From contig NC_069004.1 in NCBI RefSeq assembly GCF_001194135.2, positions 32,118,580 to 32,182,122 of the forward strand: 63,543 nt of DNA, in the 5' to 3' direction. This stretch comes from Octopus bimaculoides. Its lineage: Eukaryota. Position numbers and translations under genes: made by a program. Below the pieces are notes generated by a model. That model was not told the origin of the DNA. It saw nothing but the letters and a program-made list of their open reading frames with translations, and did no database searches. Shown in pieces: positions 40,886 to 53,225 of the stretch; the first letter of the stretch is position 1; every line of letters begins with the position of its first letter.

Positions 40886-42874
40886 CCAAAAGTAAGTCTG
40901 AAGCTATTTTGTCCTATCAGAGCTGAGTAGATTTCGTAGACGGAAACTGAAAGAAGCCCATCATATACGTGCACCCACATGATTCTGGGTTCAGTCCCAC
41001 TGCATGGCACCTTGGGCAAAAGTCTTTTATTATCACCTCGGGCAGACCAAAGTCTTGCGAGTGGATTTGGTAGACGGAAACTGAAAGAAGCCCGTCATAT
41101 ATATATATATATGTGTGTGTGTGCCTCTGTGCTTGACAACTGATGTTCGTGTGTTTACATCCCCGTAACTTAGCGGTTTGAACCCGGAACCATGTGGCTA
41201 GTAAGCAAGCTACTTACCACACAGCCACAACTGCGCCTATTTCAAAACATTTTTGCGGAAGTAACATTATGAAAATAGTTTAATTGATAAATAAACTCGA
41301 CGAAGACAAAAAAATCGATATATATGAATTCGACGTGATGAACGTCTAGAATTACAAACAGAACAGAAGAAAATGTTACATAAGACTACTGATACGCCGT
41401 CGTCTACTTCAGATCCCTGCGATGAGGAAAACATAGGTCGCACTCTTGAATTTTTATCGAAATTTTTGGGTAAAAAAAAAAACGAGTATATATATATACG
41501 GTACACCGATATCACAGCCGACATCATTTAAAAATAGATATGAAGATAAAAAATGTTGTACAACTGTGAGATATACATAAAAAAGCATTTCATTCTGTCC
41601 CCACCAGCACCCTACCCAAGGCACGAACTCTAATCCTGGTTTGTTGATAGGAGGAAATTCGAACAGAAACCATGCAAAGGGAGACAAATTCTGTTTTAGT
41701 TATAAAATTTACCTCCCTTGAAATATCTTCTCATTCCATTAAATCTTTAAATATCTTCTCATTCCATTAAATCTTTAAATTTAAGACAGGCTGTTTGACT
41801 TCCTCAGTCCCAGATTATCGTTAATCTAAGTCAGACTTGTGATCAAGTTGTTCCAAATTTAACCATCCTATCTCTTTAGAGGGATCTAGGATTACAGGAG
41901 CCTTTTTTTGTTTTTACTCTGCATTTCAAAAATGAAACAAAATAGTCATAACTACAGTTTGGTGCCCCAAACGTTGTTTCGTTAAAAAAATTCTTAAAAA
42001 TACATTAAAAATACGTATTTTTAAATAAAATTTCACCGACATACTATATATATAAGAAAGTAAGTAAATGGAGATGTAACATTTAATAAAAAATTTGTTA
42101 TCAGCAAAAATCAAATATGTTCCCTTACAGCCATTTCAATTAGGCCTAACAAATTACATAGTAATTAATAAAATCATTATATTAGGCAAAATCTCTTCAA
42201 AGGGGTAGAAAAAAGATATACCGTTAGGTTTTTAAGTGTTGTATTTTTGAATCATCACAGCAGACTCATGTATATATATATATATTCAGATCTGCTTCAC
42301 AAAAATAAAAGAGAGATAGACAGAAAAAGGAAAATGTCCTACCTATTTGAAGACTATGGAAGTATTTTTTTAAAAATATTTCATTTAATTTTTCCACAAT
42401 TTAATTGTTTTCCTTGCTTTATTCTAAGTTGAAAAAGTCGAAAAGACTGAAACCGGTACTAAAAGGTTCTTCATGATAAAATCTTTACAGCATTTTCTAC
42501 CTTGTCTTATTTTCCTTATATACATATATATATATGTATATATATNNNNNNNNNNNNNNNNNNNNNNNNNNNNNNNNNNNNNNNNNNNNNNNNNNNNNNN
42601 NNNNNNNNNNNNNNNNNNNNNNNNNNNNNNNNNNNNNNNNNNNNNNNNNNNNNNNNNNNNNNNNNNNNNNNNNNNNNNNNNNNNNNNNNNNNNNNNNNNN
42701 NNNNNNNNNNNNNNNNNNNNNNNNNNNNNNNNNNNNNNNNNNNNNNNNNNNNNNNNNNNNNNNNNNNNNNNNNNNNNNNNNNNNNNNNNNNNNNNNNNNN
42801 NNNNNNNNNNNNNNNNNNNNNNNNNNNNNNNNNNNNNNNNNNNNNNNNNNNNNNNNNNNNNNNNNNNNNNNNNN

Positions 42875-43066
42875 AGGTATACAGTTATGTAAAAAGAAAA
42901 CACGTACAATACCCATTTATTTTTATCAAAAAAATTAAAAGTTAGCCTGATTTTCAATATTTTCAGTGCCATTAAACATGATAATACTTTTATCATAACT
43001 TTTAATTTTTTTTGTTAAAAATAAATGAGTATTGTACGTGTTTTCTTTTTACATAACTGTATACCT
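42875..43066. repeat. AT-rich foldback or MITE with arms of about 70 bp
   Basis: AGGTATACAGTTATGTAAAAAGAAAACACGTACAATAC and GTATTGTACGTGTTTTCTTTTTACATAACTGTATACCT. Confidence 0.75.
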
Positions 43067-43606
43067 ACTTTTGCACACACACACATTCCTGTATATACAC
43101 ATACACGAGGGTGGGCTTCTCAGATTCACACACTTATTGCAGTGGTCCTTCAGTTTTTCTAAGCCCTCTGAAAGAACTCGGACAGTTGGACCTCCAACCA
43201 AGCCTTTCACAGTACCCTCAAAGCCAGGAACTTTTCAGTGCCCCCCACCAACTTCATATGTCCTGACATGTCCATCGTCTTTTTCTTTCTTTTAAGATGA
43301 TGATGATGTATGATTCTGAGAGAGATTTGGCTGCTGTTTCCAGCAGATTGAATGATCACATAGAGATTCAGTCACTGCTTTCAGAAGTTAACGCAGTAAC
43401 AAGTTTAAAAAACAACTGATCCATACACAGCAGTCATACTGATAACAGGTGCAGCTGAGATAAGACAAGATAGAGCTGCCGTGATATCTTGCGCTGAGTT
43501 CTAGCATTTCTGGGGTTTTTATCTGGAAGTTTATAAATAAAATTTTTAAAGTTGGTACTCCAGTATAGCCAGAGCTAAGATTGATAAAACAAACTTTATA
43601 TTTATA

Positions 43607-43663
<57 letters not shown>

Positions 43664-44440
43664 GTATTTCTCATTTATTTATGACTGGTTTACACTACTG
43701 AAGTATTGAAAACAATTTTAATATCGTAAACCAGGAAATCTTGAGATAGTGTCCATAATATTTTATAAATCCTTTCTGTCCATTTTCCTCGCATACAACC
43801 TTGTGGTAATGGAGTGATAACTTAAGTGGTTTATAGACCATTTGGGGTCTACTTCTAGCATACAGGCATTGTAGGTTCAGCACTCTTATTATAATTATTT
43901 TGTAATTATACTTAAACATAAATTAACCATTATGGCATTGTTAGTACACTGGCCACTGATAAATCATTAAATAATGACTTCATCCTATTTATATATATAT
44001 ATATATATGCATATGTACATATGTATATGTACATACTTTCATCTATACGTATATATATATATATGCATATGTGGGCACAGGATGTCATGAAACGTGTACA
44101 ACAAAAAAGTATGAAGCACAAGTACATGGAACATGAACTGTTCTTTCGACCAACGAAAGACACAAATGGAAAACAAAGCAAACAACATAAAGAACGACCC
44201 TTCATCAGTCCCTCCCCTCCTGTTCCCGTCTTCTCTCAACAATGTGTTGAGAAGGATAATTGCAAATGCTGTGAAAGTTAAGCAGCTCTTGATATACATA
44301 TTTGATTCATGTAATTTTATTTTTTAATTATTTAATTAATTATGTTGGAAAAAGGCTGAGAAAGATTGTCTGCGTTATTAATCAATGTAATATGAGAACA
44401 CAAAGGCAGCAGATTTTGGCAAATAAAGGGTGCTATTTTA

Positions 44441-44483
<43 letters not shown>

Positions 44484-44719
44484 NNNNNNNNNNNNNNNNN
44501 NNNNNNNNNNNNNNNNNNNNNNNNNNNNNNNNNNNNNNNNNNNNNNNNNNNNNNNNNNNNNNNNNNNNNNNNNNNNNNNNNNNNNNNNNNNNNNNNNNNN
44601 NNNNNNNNNNNNNNNNNNNNNNNNNNNNNNNNNNNNNNNNNNNNNNNNNNNNNNNNNNNNNNNNNNNNNNNNNNNNNNNNNNNNNNNNNNNNNNNNNNNN
44701 NNNNNNNNNNNNNNNNNNN

Positions 44720-44775
<56 letters not shown>

Positions 44776-45229
44776 ATTCACATACATTTACATGCATACA
44801 TACACACACAAAGATACATACATACAGATATATATACATGCACACTTCATTTGTAGATTAACAAGGCAACTCATATATGTATGTATGTATGTATGTATAT
44901 CACAACAAACGTCTCTCATTTCTCTATTGTTTTTAATGACTAGTATCATTTACTATAGTAGCATTATATATATACACTTACATAGGCATAACAGCACTTT
45001 AAACACACCCTTCCAAACACTGCTTGTCACAACTGACTAGTTTGTAGAATCCAGTTGAGTTGTGAAGAAAATTTGGAAGTTCGCTATATACAATAAGTCT
45101 TTGTGTCTAACTGGAAACTTATGACATGCTTTGTGACATGCTCATGACATGCTTTGTGTCTAACTCAGAAACTTATGACATGCTCCACATTGCTTATGGA
45201 TCAACTTGTATGAGACGACCATCAGCTTT

Positions 45230-45765
45230 TTTACTAGCACAAGAGATTCAAGAATGGTAAAGAGGAGGTGAGAGATGACGAGATGTGTGAAAGGGAGAGG
45301 GAGATCAAAACATCAGAGCCGGTTGAGAAGATACACAATTTTCTGGATGAAGACCATTGTGAGTCTACAAAGACAACACGCATGCTTTTGGAGTTGGTGT
45401 GGCAATCATATGCAGTATTATTGAAGAAGATCTGTACAGGCGCATAATTTGTGCAAAGTTTCTTACCAGTTAGAAACAGAAGGAAAGACACTTTGGTGAC
45501 AGCAGAGAGATGGTTGGGCTCATTATATTCAACCCAAGAGTATTTGAGTCTCTGGTGACCTGTGATAAAAGTTGGCTTTACTGTGATGAGCCAGATTGAC
45601 CAATGGAAGCAGCCTGGTTGCCCAAGACCCAAGAAGACCAGCCAAAACAAGCCGATGATCTCTTTTACAACAGCAAGGCCATCATCTATATCCACTGGGT
45701 TCCCTCTGGCCAGACAGGCAACACAGAGTATTTTGTGGAGGTTTTCAGGAATGCAAGACACCTTT
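45230..45765 (+). mobile_element. Degenerate mariner transposase fragment
   Basis: RFKNGKEEVRDDE..., ICAKF, SLVTCDKSWLYC, QWKQPGCPRPKK and IIYIHWVPSGQTGNTEYFVEVFR, broken by frameshifts. Confidence 0.8.
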
Positions 45766-46266
45766 TCTGCTCCTTGATACAACTCCCTTCCTTCAGTTCA
45801 GGGGTCTTGTCCTGCAAGTTACTTGGTAACTTCACTGGTGCTGGTTCCATATAAGAAGCACCCAATACAGTCTCTAAAGTGGTTGGCATTAGGAAGGACA
45901 TGTAAAAGCCATGCCACAGCAGACAACAGAGCTTGGTGTTCTCTTCTTCTTACTTTCCTGTCCTTCTCAAATTGTTCAACCCATGCTAGCATGGAAAAGA
46001 GACATTAAATGAGAAAGAGAGAGAGAGAAAGACAAACAGATAGATAGATGCACAGGCTTCTGCAGATTCCCCCCAATCAAATTCCACTCTCGCAAGTTAT
46101 TTATGGGTCAAGCAGAGGCTACAGCAGACAAAACTTGCCCAAGGTGCCATGCAGTGAGATGGAACCCAAAACCTCATGTTTACAAAGAGCCAACTTTGTG
46201 ACCACGCAGCCGCACCCTGCCCAAACACCCATACCCTCACCCACGTGGAAGATGCATACGACTTAC

Positions 46267-46572
46267 CTGAACATGAGTAGATGTGGTCGATGTACTGACA
46301 GATTTACTTAGATATGTCCGGCGTGGACTCCTTGGACTGGACACCTTTCCGATGACGGGAGCACATGGCGGTGATCCTGGACAGATTCGTGGGGTCGTTC
46401 GGATACCTCTTGGAGAACTCTCAACACCGAGCACTGGCAACAGCTGAGGGATTATGTCCCCTTTGGCAATCTGCAAGAGGTTCTGACGAAGTAACTGTTG
46501 TGTGTCAGGCTCTGACAACCAATGGAGGAAGAGTTCGTCCACTTTGTTGCGTAACACTGGTTTCAGTGCCAT
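46267..46572 (-). CDS. PPP2R3B: First coding exon (102 codons) of a serine/threonine-protein phosphatase 2A regulatory subunit B'' (PR70/PR72 family)
   Basis: Translates as MALKPVLRNKVDELFLHWLSEPDTQQLL...SSPRSPRR...STHVQ, matching the recalled N-terminus of human PR70 (LQPVLKMKVDELFLYWLSEASTQRML). It ends at a CAG|GTAAGT donor in phase 0 (46267|46266). An upstream acceptor TTCTTTTTTTCTTTGCAG|G puts the exon start at 46639. The single invertebrate gene probably corresponds to both PPP2R3A and PPP2R3B. Confidence 0.9.
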
Positions 46573-46639
46573 CACACCATTATATATTCCACTAAGAATA
46601 ATCTACCGATTTTGAAACATTCTTGGGGGGCAAAAAAAC
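46573..46639 (-). other. 5' UTR part of the PPP2R3 exon, containing a 2-codon uORF
   Basis: Strong acceptor at 46640|46639. ATG GTG TGA at 46580-46572 overlaps the main ATG (TGATG). Confidence 0.65.
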
Positions 46640-46984
46640 CTGCAAAGAAAAAAAGAATGAGGATTTTAAACCTTATGCATTTGAACTGTCCATATCAAGT
46701 CAAAATATTTTACTTGTTTGTTTTATGTTCAAAGTGGCCATATCTGGCCTCTCACACCAGCCCTAGAATATTGTCCTATAAATTGACTGTTACCTCATCA
46801 AAATCTCATAGCTACAAGACAATGCAGGATTAATTCAAAACAACCTGACTAAATAAGCATTACTTTTGACAGAAAAATAGGTACGAAATAAAGAGTTAAA
46901 ATAGAAAGATTTAGAATTATAGATAATAATTTTAGAATTATCAATAATTATCTTAGGATTGTCAACTGTAATTTTAGAAATTAA

Positions 46985-47305
46985 GTAGGCTCCACTGGAT
47001 GGGTAATGTCAGGTTGCACACACGACAGAGTGTAAATGATTTAAGGGGAAAACTGGGAATAAGAGGCATCAGATGTTGTGTGCAAGAGAGAGGACTGCAT
47101 TGGTATGGTCGTGTGGTGTGTATGGATGAGGACAGCTGCATAAAAAAAGTGCCAAGCTCTAACTGTGGAGGGTACTTGTGGAAAGGGTAGACCCAAGAAG
47201 ACATGGGACGAAGTGGTGAGAAAGGATCTTCGGACACTGGGCCCCACTGAGGAAATAAGAGATTGGAGGATGTGGTGATTTGTTGTACTTGATAAGACAC
47301 ATCAA
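46985..47305 (+). mobile_element. RTE-clade LINE 3' fragment
   Basis: LRGKLGIRGIRCCVQERGLHWYGRV then, after a frameshift, VEGTCGKGRPKKTWDEVVRKDL: the typical RTE C-terminal RLRWxGHV and GRPxxTW motifs. Confidence 0.8.
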
Positions 47306-47913
47306 GAGCAGGAGGAGGAAGAAAAGCAGGAGGTGGGAGGAGGAAAAGGAGGAGGAAGAGGAGCAGGAGGAGGAAAAACATGAGGAGGAGGAGTTGATGG
47401 AGGATGAAGAGGACAAAGCATATGGAGAGAAAGAAATGAACAAAGATGGAAAGGGACACACAGACGGACAGACCCTAAATGTGAGGTAGGAAATTATGTA
47501 ACAAAATTAACCTGTAAAAATATCCAAAGAAAAAAAAAACAACGAAAATTGAAACAAAAATAATTAAAAATTCAAAACGAAAAAAAGAAAACAGCAACAA
47601 AAAAAATTCAGAAAAAAAAACAAAAAAAGAAATGAGCAAAATCTTGAAAAAGGAAGACAGCATGTAATTGTTAACCAATGGAAGACTCACAGAAAATATC
47701 AGCACCATATCAGGTGAAGTCTTTGAGAAAGAAGCAAAAACAAAATGCTAGATTTGGAGAATACCTTTTACCATTTGTTGCAACAAGAACAAGAACAACA
47801 AAGATCTAAGATAGGACAGTATTTTGAGTTTACTGAGGAATTAAATGGGAGAGAGATAGAGGGGGGGGATTCCTTTGGCATTTAATTTTGGTGATGTTAT
47901 TTTATATTTATAT

Positions 47914-47944
<31 letters not shown>

Positions 47945-48593
47945 CACATATATAAACATATTGTGCATGTACAAACATAATATAAATTCTATACATATAA
48001 ATACATACGAATACAGATATAAATTGCATATTTATATACATTACATACATCTATATATATATAAATACACACGAATATATATACATGCACACACATATAT
48101 GTATATGCACATACAACTGCATGTGCACATATACACATGTGCACATATACACATGCACACAAACACAGACATATATATATATTATATAATACACACATAT
48201 ATCCACACACAGATACAAATATAGGTACACACACACATTATGTATATATGTCTATATATATATATGTATATATGTATAAACACACACATACATTTCTAGT
48301 GTTCCTCATTTATTACATTTCCCCAGTTGGTGGTAGAGGTTGGTGTAGTTTGAGATGGGAGAGGACGGGGAGGGACAGGGCCCTCCAGTAATCTACAACA
48401 TATGCAGATGACACACAAGGTAAAGCAAAAAAAAAAAAAAAGAAAAATCGAAAACAAAACAAAACAAAACATCAAAAACATATATCACAGGTAAAATAGA
48501 ATTGGTAGGGAATGGAGGAGGGGGGTGGAAGAACGGTTGATTTACAGTCTTCATTTTGTTCATTATTGACAATTTCTGTTTTTTTTCTTCAAT

Positions 48594-48625
<32 letters not shown>

Positions 48626-48759
48626 TATCACTGTTACAGATTGTTTGCTTTTGGGAATTTAATTAGTCTGAAAAATAACAGAGTGGATGTGTGCATGTGT
48701 ATGTATATATATTTCTGTGTGTGTATCTGTATACATGTATGAATGTATGTGTGTTCGCA

Positions 48760-48797
<38 letters not shown>

Positions 48798-49197
48798 AAT
48801 ATAGAGCTGTCGAGTTGAAAAAGTATATATTCTCTCCTAAGTATTCTGTTTTTTATGGTTTATGTAAATTTATTTGTCTACACACACACGTATGTGTTGG
48901 TGTGTATATTTATACATATATCAAGCCTAATTATGTTTATCTGCATCATTATCTTTCCCTCTCTCTCTGTTACATACATAGATAGATAGATGTGTGTGTG
49001 TATATATGTCTCTATATATACACCTATTTCATCTGGCATTTATATTTTCCTTGTTTCCTATCTTTATGTGATCTCATTCAACACATATATCTGTGTGCAT
49101 GTGTGTACCTATCAGTCTCTTTTGCCAAATCACTAAGCTACGGGGACATAAACACACCAACATCGGTTGTCAAGCGATGGTGGGGGGACAAACACAA

Positions 49198-49286
<89 letters not shown>

Positions 49287-49886
49287 AGGCTTCTTTCTGT
49301 TTCCGTCTACCACATCCTCTCACAAGGCTTTGGTTGGCCCGATGCTATAGTAGAAGACACTTGCCCAAGGTGCCATGCAGTGGGACTGAACCTAGAGCCA
49401 TGTGGTTGGTAATATCTTTTACTTGTTTCAGTCATTAGACTGCAGCCATGCTGGGGCACTACTCTGAAGAATTTTCAATCAAATGTAACAACCCCAGTAT
49501 TTACTTTTTATTCTATTAGTCTCCTTTGATGAACCGCTAAGTTACAGGGACATAAACACACCAGTACCGGTTGTCAAGTGGGAGAGGGGGACAGGCACAA
49601 ACACAAAGACACATACACATAGATAAATATATGCATCTATATGACGGGCTTCTTTCAGTTTTCGTCTACCAAATCCACTCGCAAGGCTTTGATCAGCCTG
49701 AGGCTATAGCAGAAGACACTTGTCCAAGGTGCCACGCAGTGGGACTGAACCTGGAACCATATAGCTGGGAAGCAGGACACACACACACACACACACAAAC
49801 ACTCACAAATAGAGACAGACCACGAGTGCTGTAAGATTTAATATTTTCAGTTATCAAACATTAATCTACATTACTCATGCAAGAAG

Positions 49887-49917
<31 letters not shown>

Positions 49918-50852
49918 ATACACGTGTACACCTCCACACACACGTATGTATGTATGGATGTACATAGACAGGATTAGGCACAAAATCTGAGACCATTTTT
50001 GTAACGTTATATCTTAATAAGTATCACAAATTAAGAGCTAATTACTTTGTATGTTAGATGCTTAAGAAATTAAATTTTAAATATTTCATTCCAGATTGCA
50101 ATAGATTGTAGAAGAATTACGGAATGATTGCAAAAAAATATAATAATTGAAATAAACCATGTCAGGTGTTAGTTCTTGCGACACCATTGCCCATACAGGG
50201 TATCCAATGGCAGCAATGTACCAAATTCTAATCAGGCTTAATCCTCCTGTTGCCGTATTTCTATTGAAATATATTTCAATTAATTTTTAAAATAATGAAG
50301 AATTCACTAAAATAACTTTGTCATTATGAAGCTGGGATGTGGAACATAAATTAACACAAAATTTCGATAGATTTTAATTTAGTTCACTTTAGCCCTTTTC
50401 TTACCATATTTGTGAGTGGAGGCGCAATGGCCCAGTGGTTAGGGCAGCGGACTCGCGGTCATAGGATCACGGTTTCGATTCCCAGACCGGGCGTTGTGAG
50501 TGTTTATTGAGCGAAAACACCTAAAAGCTCCATGAGGCTCCGGCAGGGGATGGTGGCGAACCCTGCTGTACTCTTTCACCACAACTTTCTCTCACTCTTA
50601 CTTCCTGTTTCTGTTGTACCTGTAATTCAAAGGCCAGCCTTGTCACACTGTGTTACGCTGAATATCCCCGAAAACTATGTTAAAGGTACACGTGTCTGTG
50701 GAGTGCTCAGCCACTTGCACATTAATTTCACGAGCAGGCTGTTCCGTTGNNNNNNNNNNNNNNNNNNNNNNNNNNNNNNNNNNNNNNNNNNNNNNNNNNA
50801 ATTTAGTATTGTAACTTTGTCTTTAAATTGGTGTTTGAAACATAAATTCTGG

Positions 50853-51410
50853 GGATCTTTTTTAAAACGGAGGCCACATTTTTCATTAATGTTTTATGTA
50901 GTGTTTTTGGTACCGAAAGACTTTCAAACTTCGTATACTTATCTATTTTGTGTTATAGAACAGAAAAATATTTTTGTATTCGAATTTATTTCATGTAAAA
51001 AATTGTCTTATTTCGATAATTTCAACCAATCACTGACAAGTATTCAGTTGTTTACATTTACTCCTTTGGCTGATTAAGCGGTGTAAAGCGTATTTAATTT
51101 CCATAGCTTCGTTTTGCATTTTTCTTTTAAAATTTGCTGTTTTACCCTAACCCTAACCCTATCACCGACAGATTGTTTCAGAATCGTTTGTTTATGTAGC
51201 CGGCACTTAATGTATATCGGCTGAATGGACGTCAGTGATTGGTTGAAATTACAGAAATACGACAACTTTAACATGGAATAACTTAGGGATTTCTTTTTTT
51301 TTTAAGAAGACTAAGAGAAAAAGATGTTTTATATGACACATTCTACCAGTGTTCCAAGTTTCAAAGTGTTTCGTTAATGAAAAATGTGGCCCCCGTTTTA
51401 AAAAAGATCC
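50853..51410. mobile_element. Non-autonomous DNA transposon with GG ends, about 37-bp TIRs and a perfect 8-bp TSD
   Basis: GGATCTTTTTTAAAACGGAGGCCACATTTTTCATTAA versus its reverse complement at the right end (1 mismatch). TSD AATTCTGG at 50845-50852 and 51411-51418. Confidence 0.8.
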
Positions 51411-52984
51411 AATTCTGGTGGAAGGTTTTAATTTAGATCACTTTAACCCTTTTGTTACCATATTTCTGTTGAAATACACAGAGTTTGTTTCACTTAATTT
51501 TGAAAATAATGAAAAATTTAGCAAAACAACTTTATCATTATTAATCTGGTATTTGGAACATAAATTTGCATGGCATCTTAATGGAAGATTTTAATTTAGA
51601 TCACTTTAACCTTTTTGTTACCATATTCCTACTGAAATATATATGTACCTATAGATATATATATATATATACACATACAAACACATATATGTAAATATAT
51701 ATACATACATCTACACACACAAACACAGCCACACATGTACACATACACACATATAGAATTCATTAGCAAGCACAGATTATGTTAAGCACCTCTACCATCA
51801 TCTCCCCCACACACACACACACACACACATACAGTGTCTGGTCACGGAAATGCTTCTGTTCTGTTCTGAACAATTAACATACCCTAATCCACCACTGCAC
51901 ACACACACACACATACACAAGACCTATTTGGCAATCCCTCTCTCCAGTTCTGTTCAAACATCTTAGAAATTTGGGTAGGGGTGTTGCTAGTGGTGGTGGT
52001 GGCGGCGGCGGTGGTGGTGGTGGTGGTGGTGGTGGNNNNNNNNNNNNNNNNNNNNNNNNNNNNNNNNNNNNNNNNNNNNNNNNNNNNNNNNNNNNNNNNN
52101 NNNNNNNNNNNNNNNNNNNNNNNNNNNNNNNNNNNNNNNNNNNNNNNNNNNNNNNNNNNNNNNNNNNNNNNNNNNNNNNNNNNNNNNNNNNNNNNNNNNN
52201 NNNNNNNNNNNNNNNNNNNNNNNNNNNNNNNNNNNNNNNNNNNNNNNNNNNNNNNNNNNNNNNNNNNNNNNNNNNNNNNNNNNNNNNNNNNNNNNNNNNN
52301 NNNNNNNNNNNNNNNNNNNNNNNNNNNNNNNNNNNNNNNNNNNNNNNNNNNNNNNNNNNNNNNNNNNNNNNNNNNNNNNNNNNNNNNNNNNNNNNNNNNN
52401 NNNNNNNNNNNNNNNNNNNNNNNNNNNNNNNNNNNNNNNNNNNNNNNNNNNNNNNNNNNNNNNNNNNNNNNNNNNNNNNNNNNNNNNNNNNNNNNNNNNN
52501 NNNNNNNNNNNNNNNNNNNNNNNNNNNNNNNNNNNNNNNNNNNNNNNNNNNNNNNNNNNNNNNNNNNNNNNNNNNNNNNNNNNNNNNNNNNNNNNNNNNN
52601 NNNNNNNNNNNNNNNNNNNNNNNNNNNNNNNNNNNNNNNNNNNNNNNNNNNNNNNNNNNNNNNNNNNNNNNNNNNNNNNNNNNNNNNNNNNNNNNNNNNN
52701 NNNNNNNNNNNNNNNNNNNNNNNNNNNNNNNNNNNNNNNNNNNNNNNNNNNNNNNNNNNNNNNNNNNNNNNNNNNNNNNNNNNNNNNNNNNNNNNNNNNN
52801 NNNNNNNNNNNNNNNNNNNNNNNNNNNNNNNNNNNNNNNNNNNNAATCCATACATTAACAGAAAAAAAGCAAAGAACTTAGATGCACTAACGTGAATGGG
52901 GGAAGCTATATATATATATATATATTTATATATATGCACATACACACACATACATACATGTATGTATATATATATATATATATA

Positions 52985-53225
52985 TATAGGTGCACACCGT
53001 TGCCAGTACCGCCTGACTGGCCTTCGTGCCGGTGGCACGTAAAAGCACCCACTACACTCTTGGAGTGGTTGGCGTTAGGAAGGGCATCCAGCTGTAGAAA
53101 CTCTGCCAAATCACATTGGAGCCTGGCGCATCTATCTGGTTCGCCAGTCCTCTGTCAAATCATCCAACCCATGCTAGCATGGAAAGCAGACGTTAAACGA
53201 CCATGATGATGATGATGATGATGGT
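52985..53225 (+). mobile_element. SINE/LINE-tail family B ending CCAACCCATGC(C/T)AGCATGGAAAGC...GTTAAA(C)GATGATGAT
   Basis: Recurs many times: plus at about 6849-7045, 7940-8280, 11590-11915, 27420-27590 and 45830-46010; minus at about 5345-5640, 22345-22600, 34590-34740, 38531-38843 and 39362-39510. Confidence 0.8.

Noticed and set aside
41350-41418. Good minus-strand acceptor (TTTTCCTCATCGCAG|G) as a possible PPP2R3 exon 2
   Set aside because: The following peptide (GSEVDDGVSVVL...) does not resemble the conserved B'' core and has no strong donor.
41721-41776. Perfect 28-bp tandem duplication
   Set aside because: Simple local slippage in AT-rich intron DNA with no functional cue.
45234-45782. 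182-aa minus-strand ORF close to the PPP2R3 exon
   Set aside because: It is the antisense shadow of the plus-strand mariner remnant.
47280-47489. Glu-rich plus ORF
   Set aside because: A (GAG/GGA)n tract attached to the RTE tail.
51144-51162. CCCTAACCCTAACCCTA telomere-like repeat
   Set aside because: About three units inside a transposon; not a telomere or fusion site.
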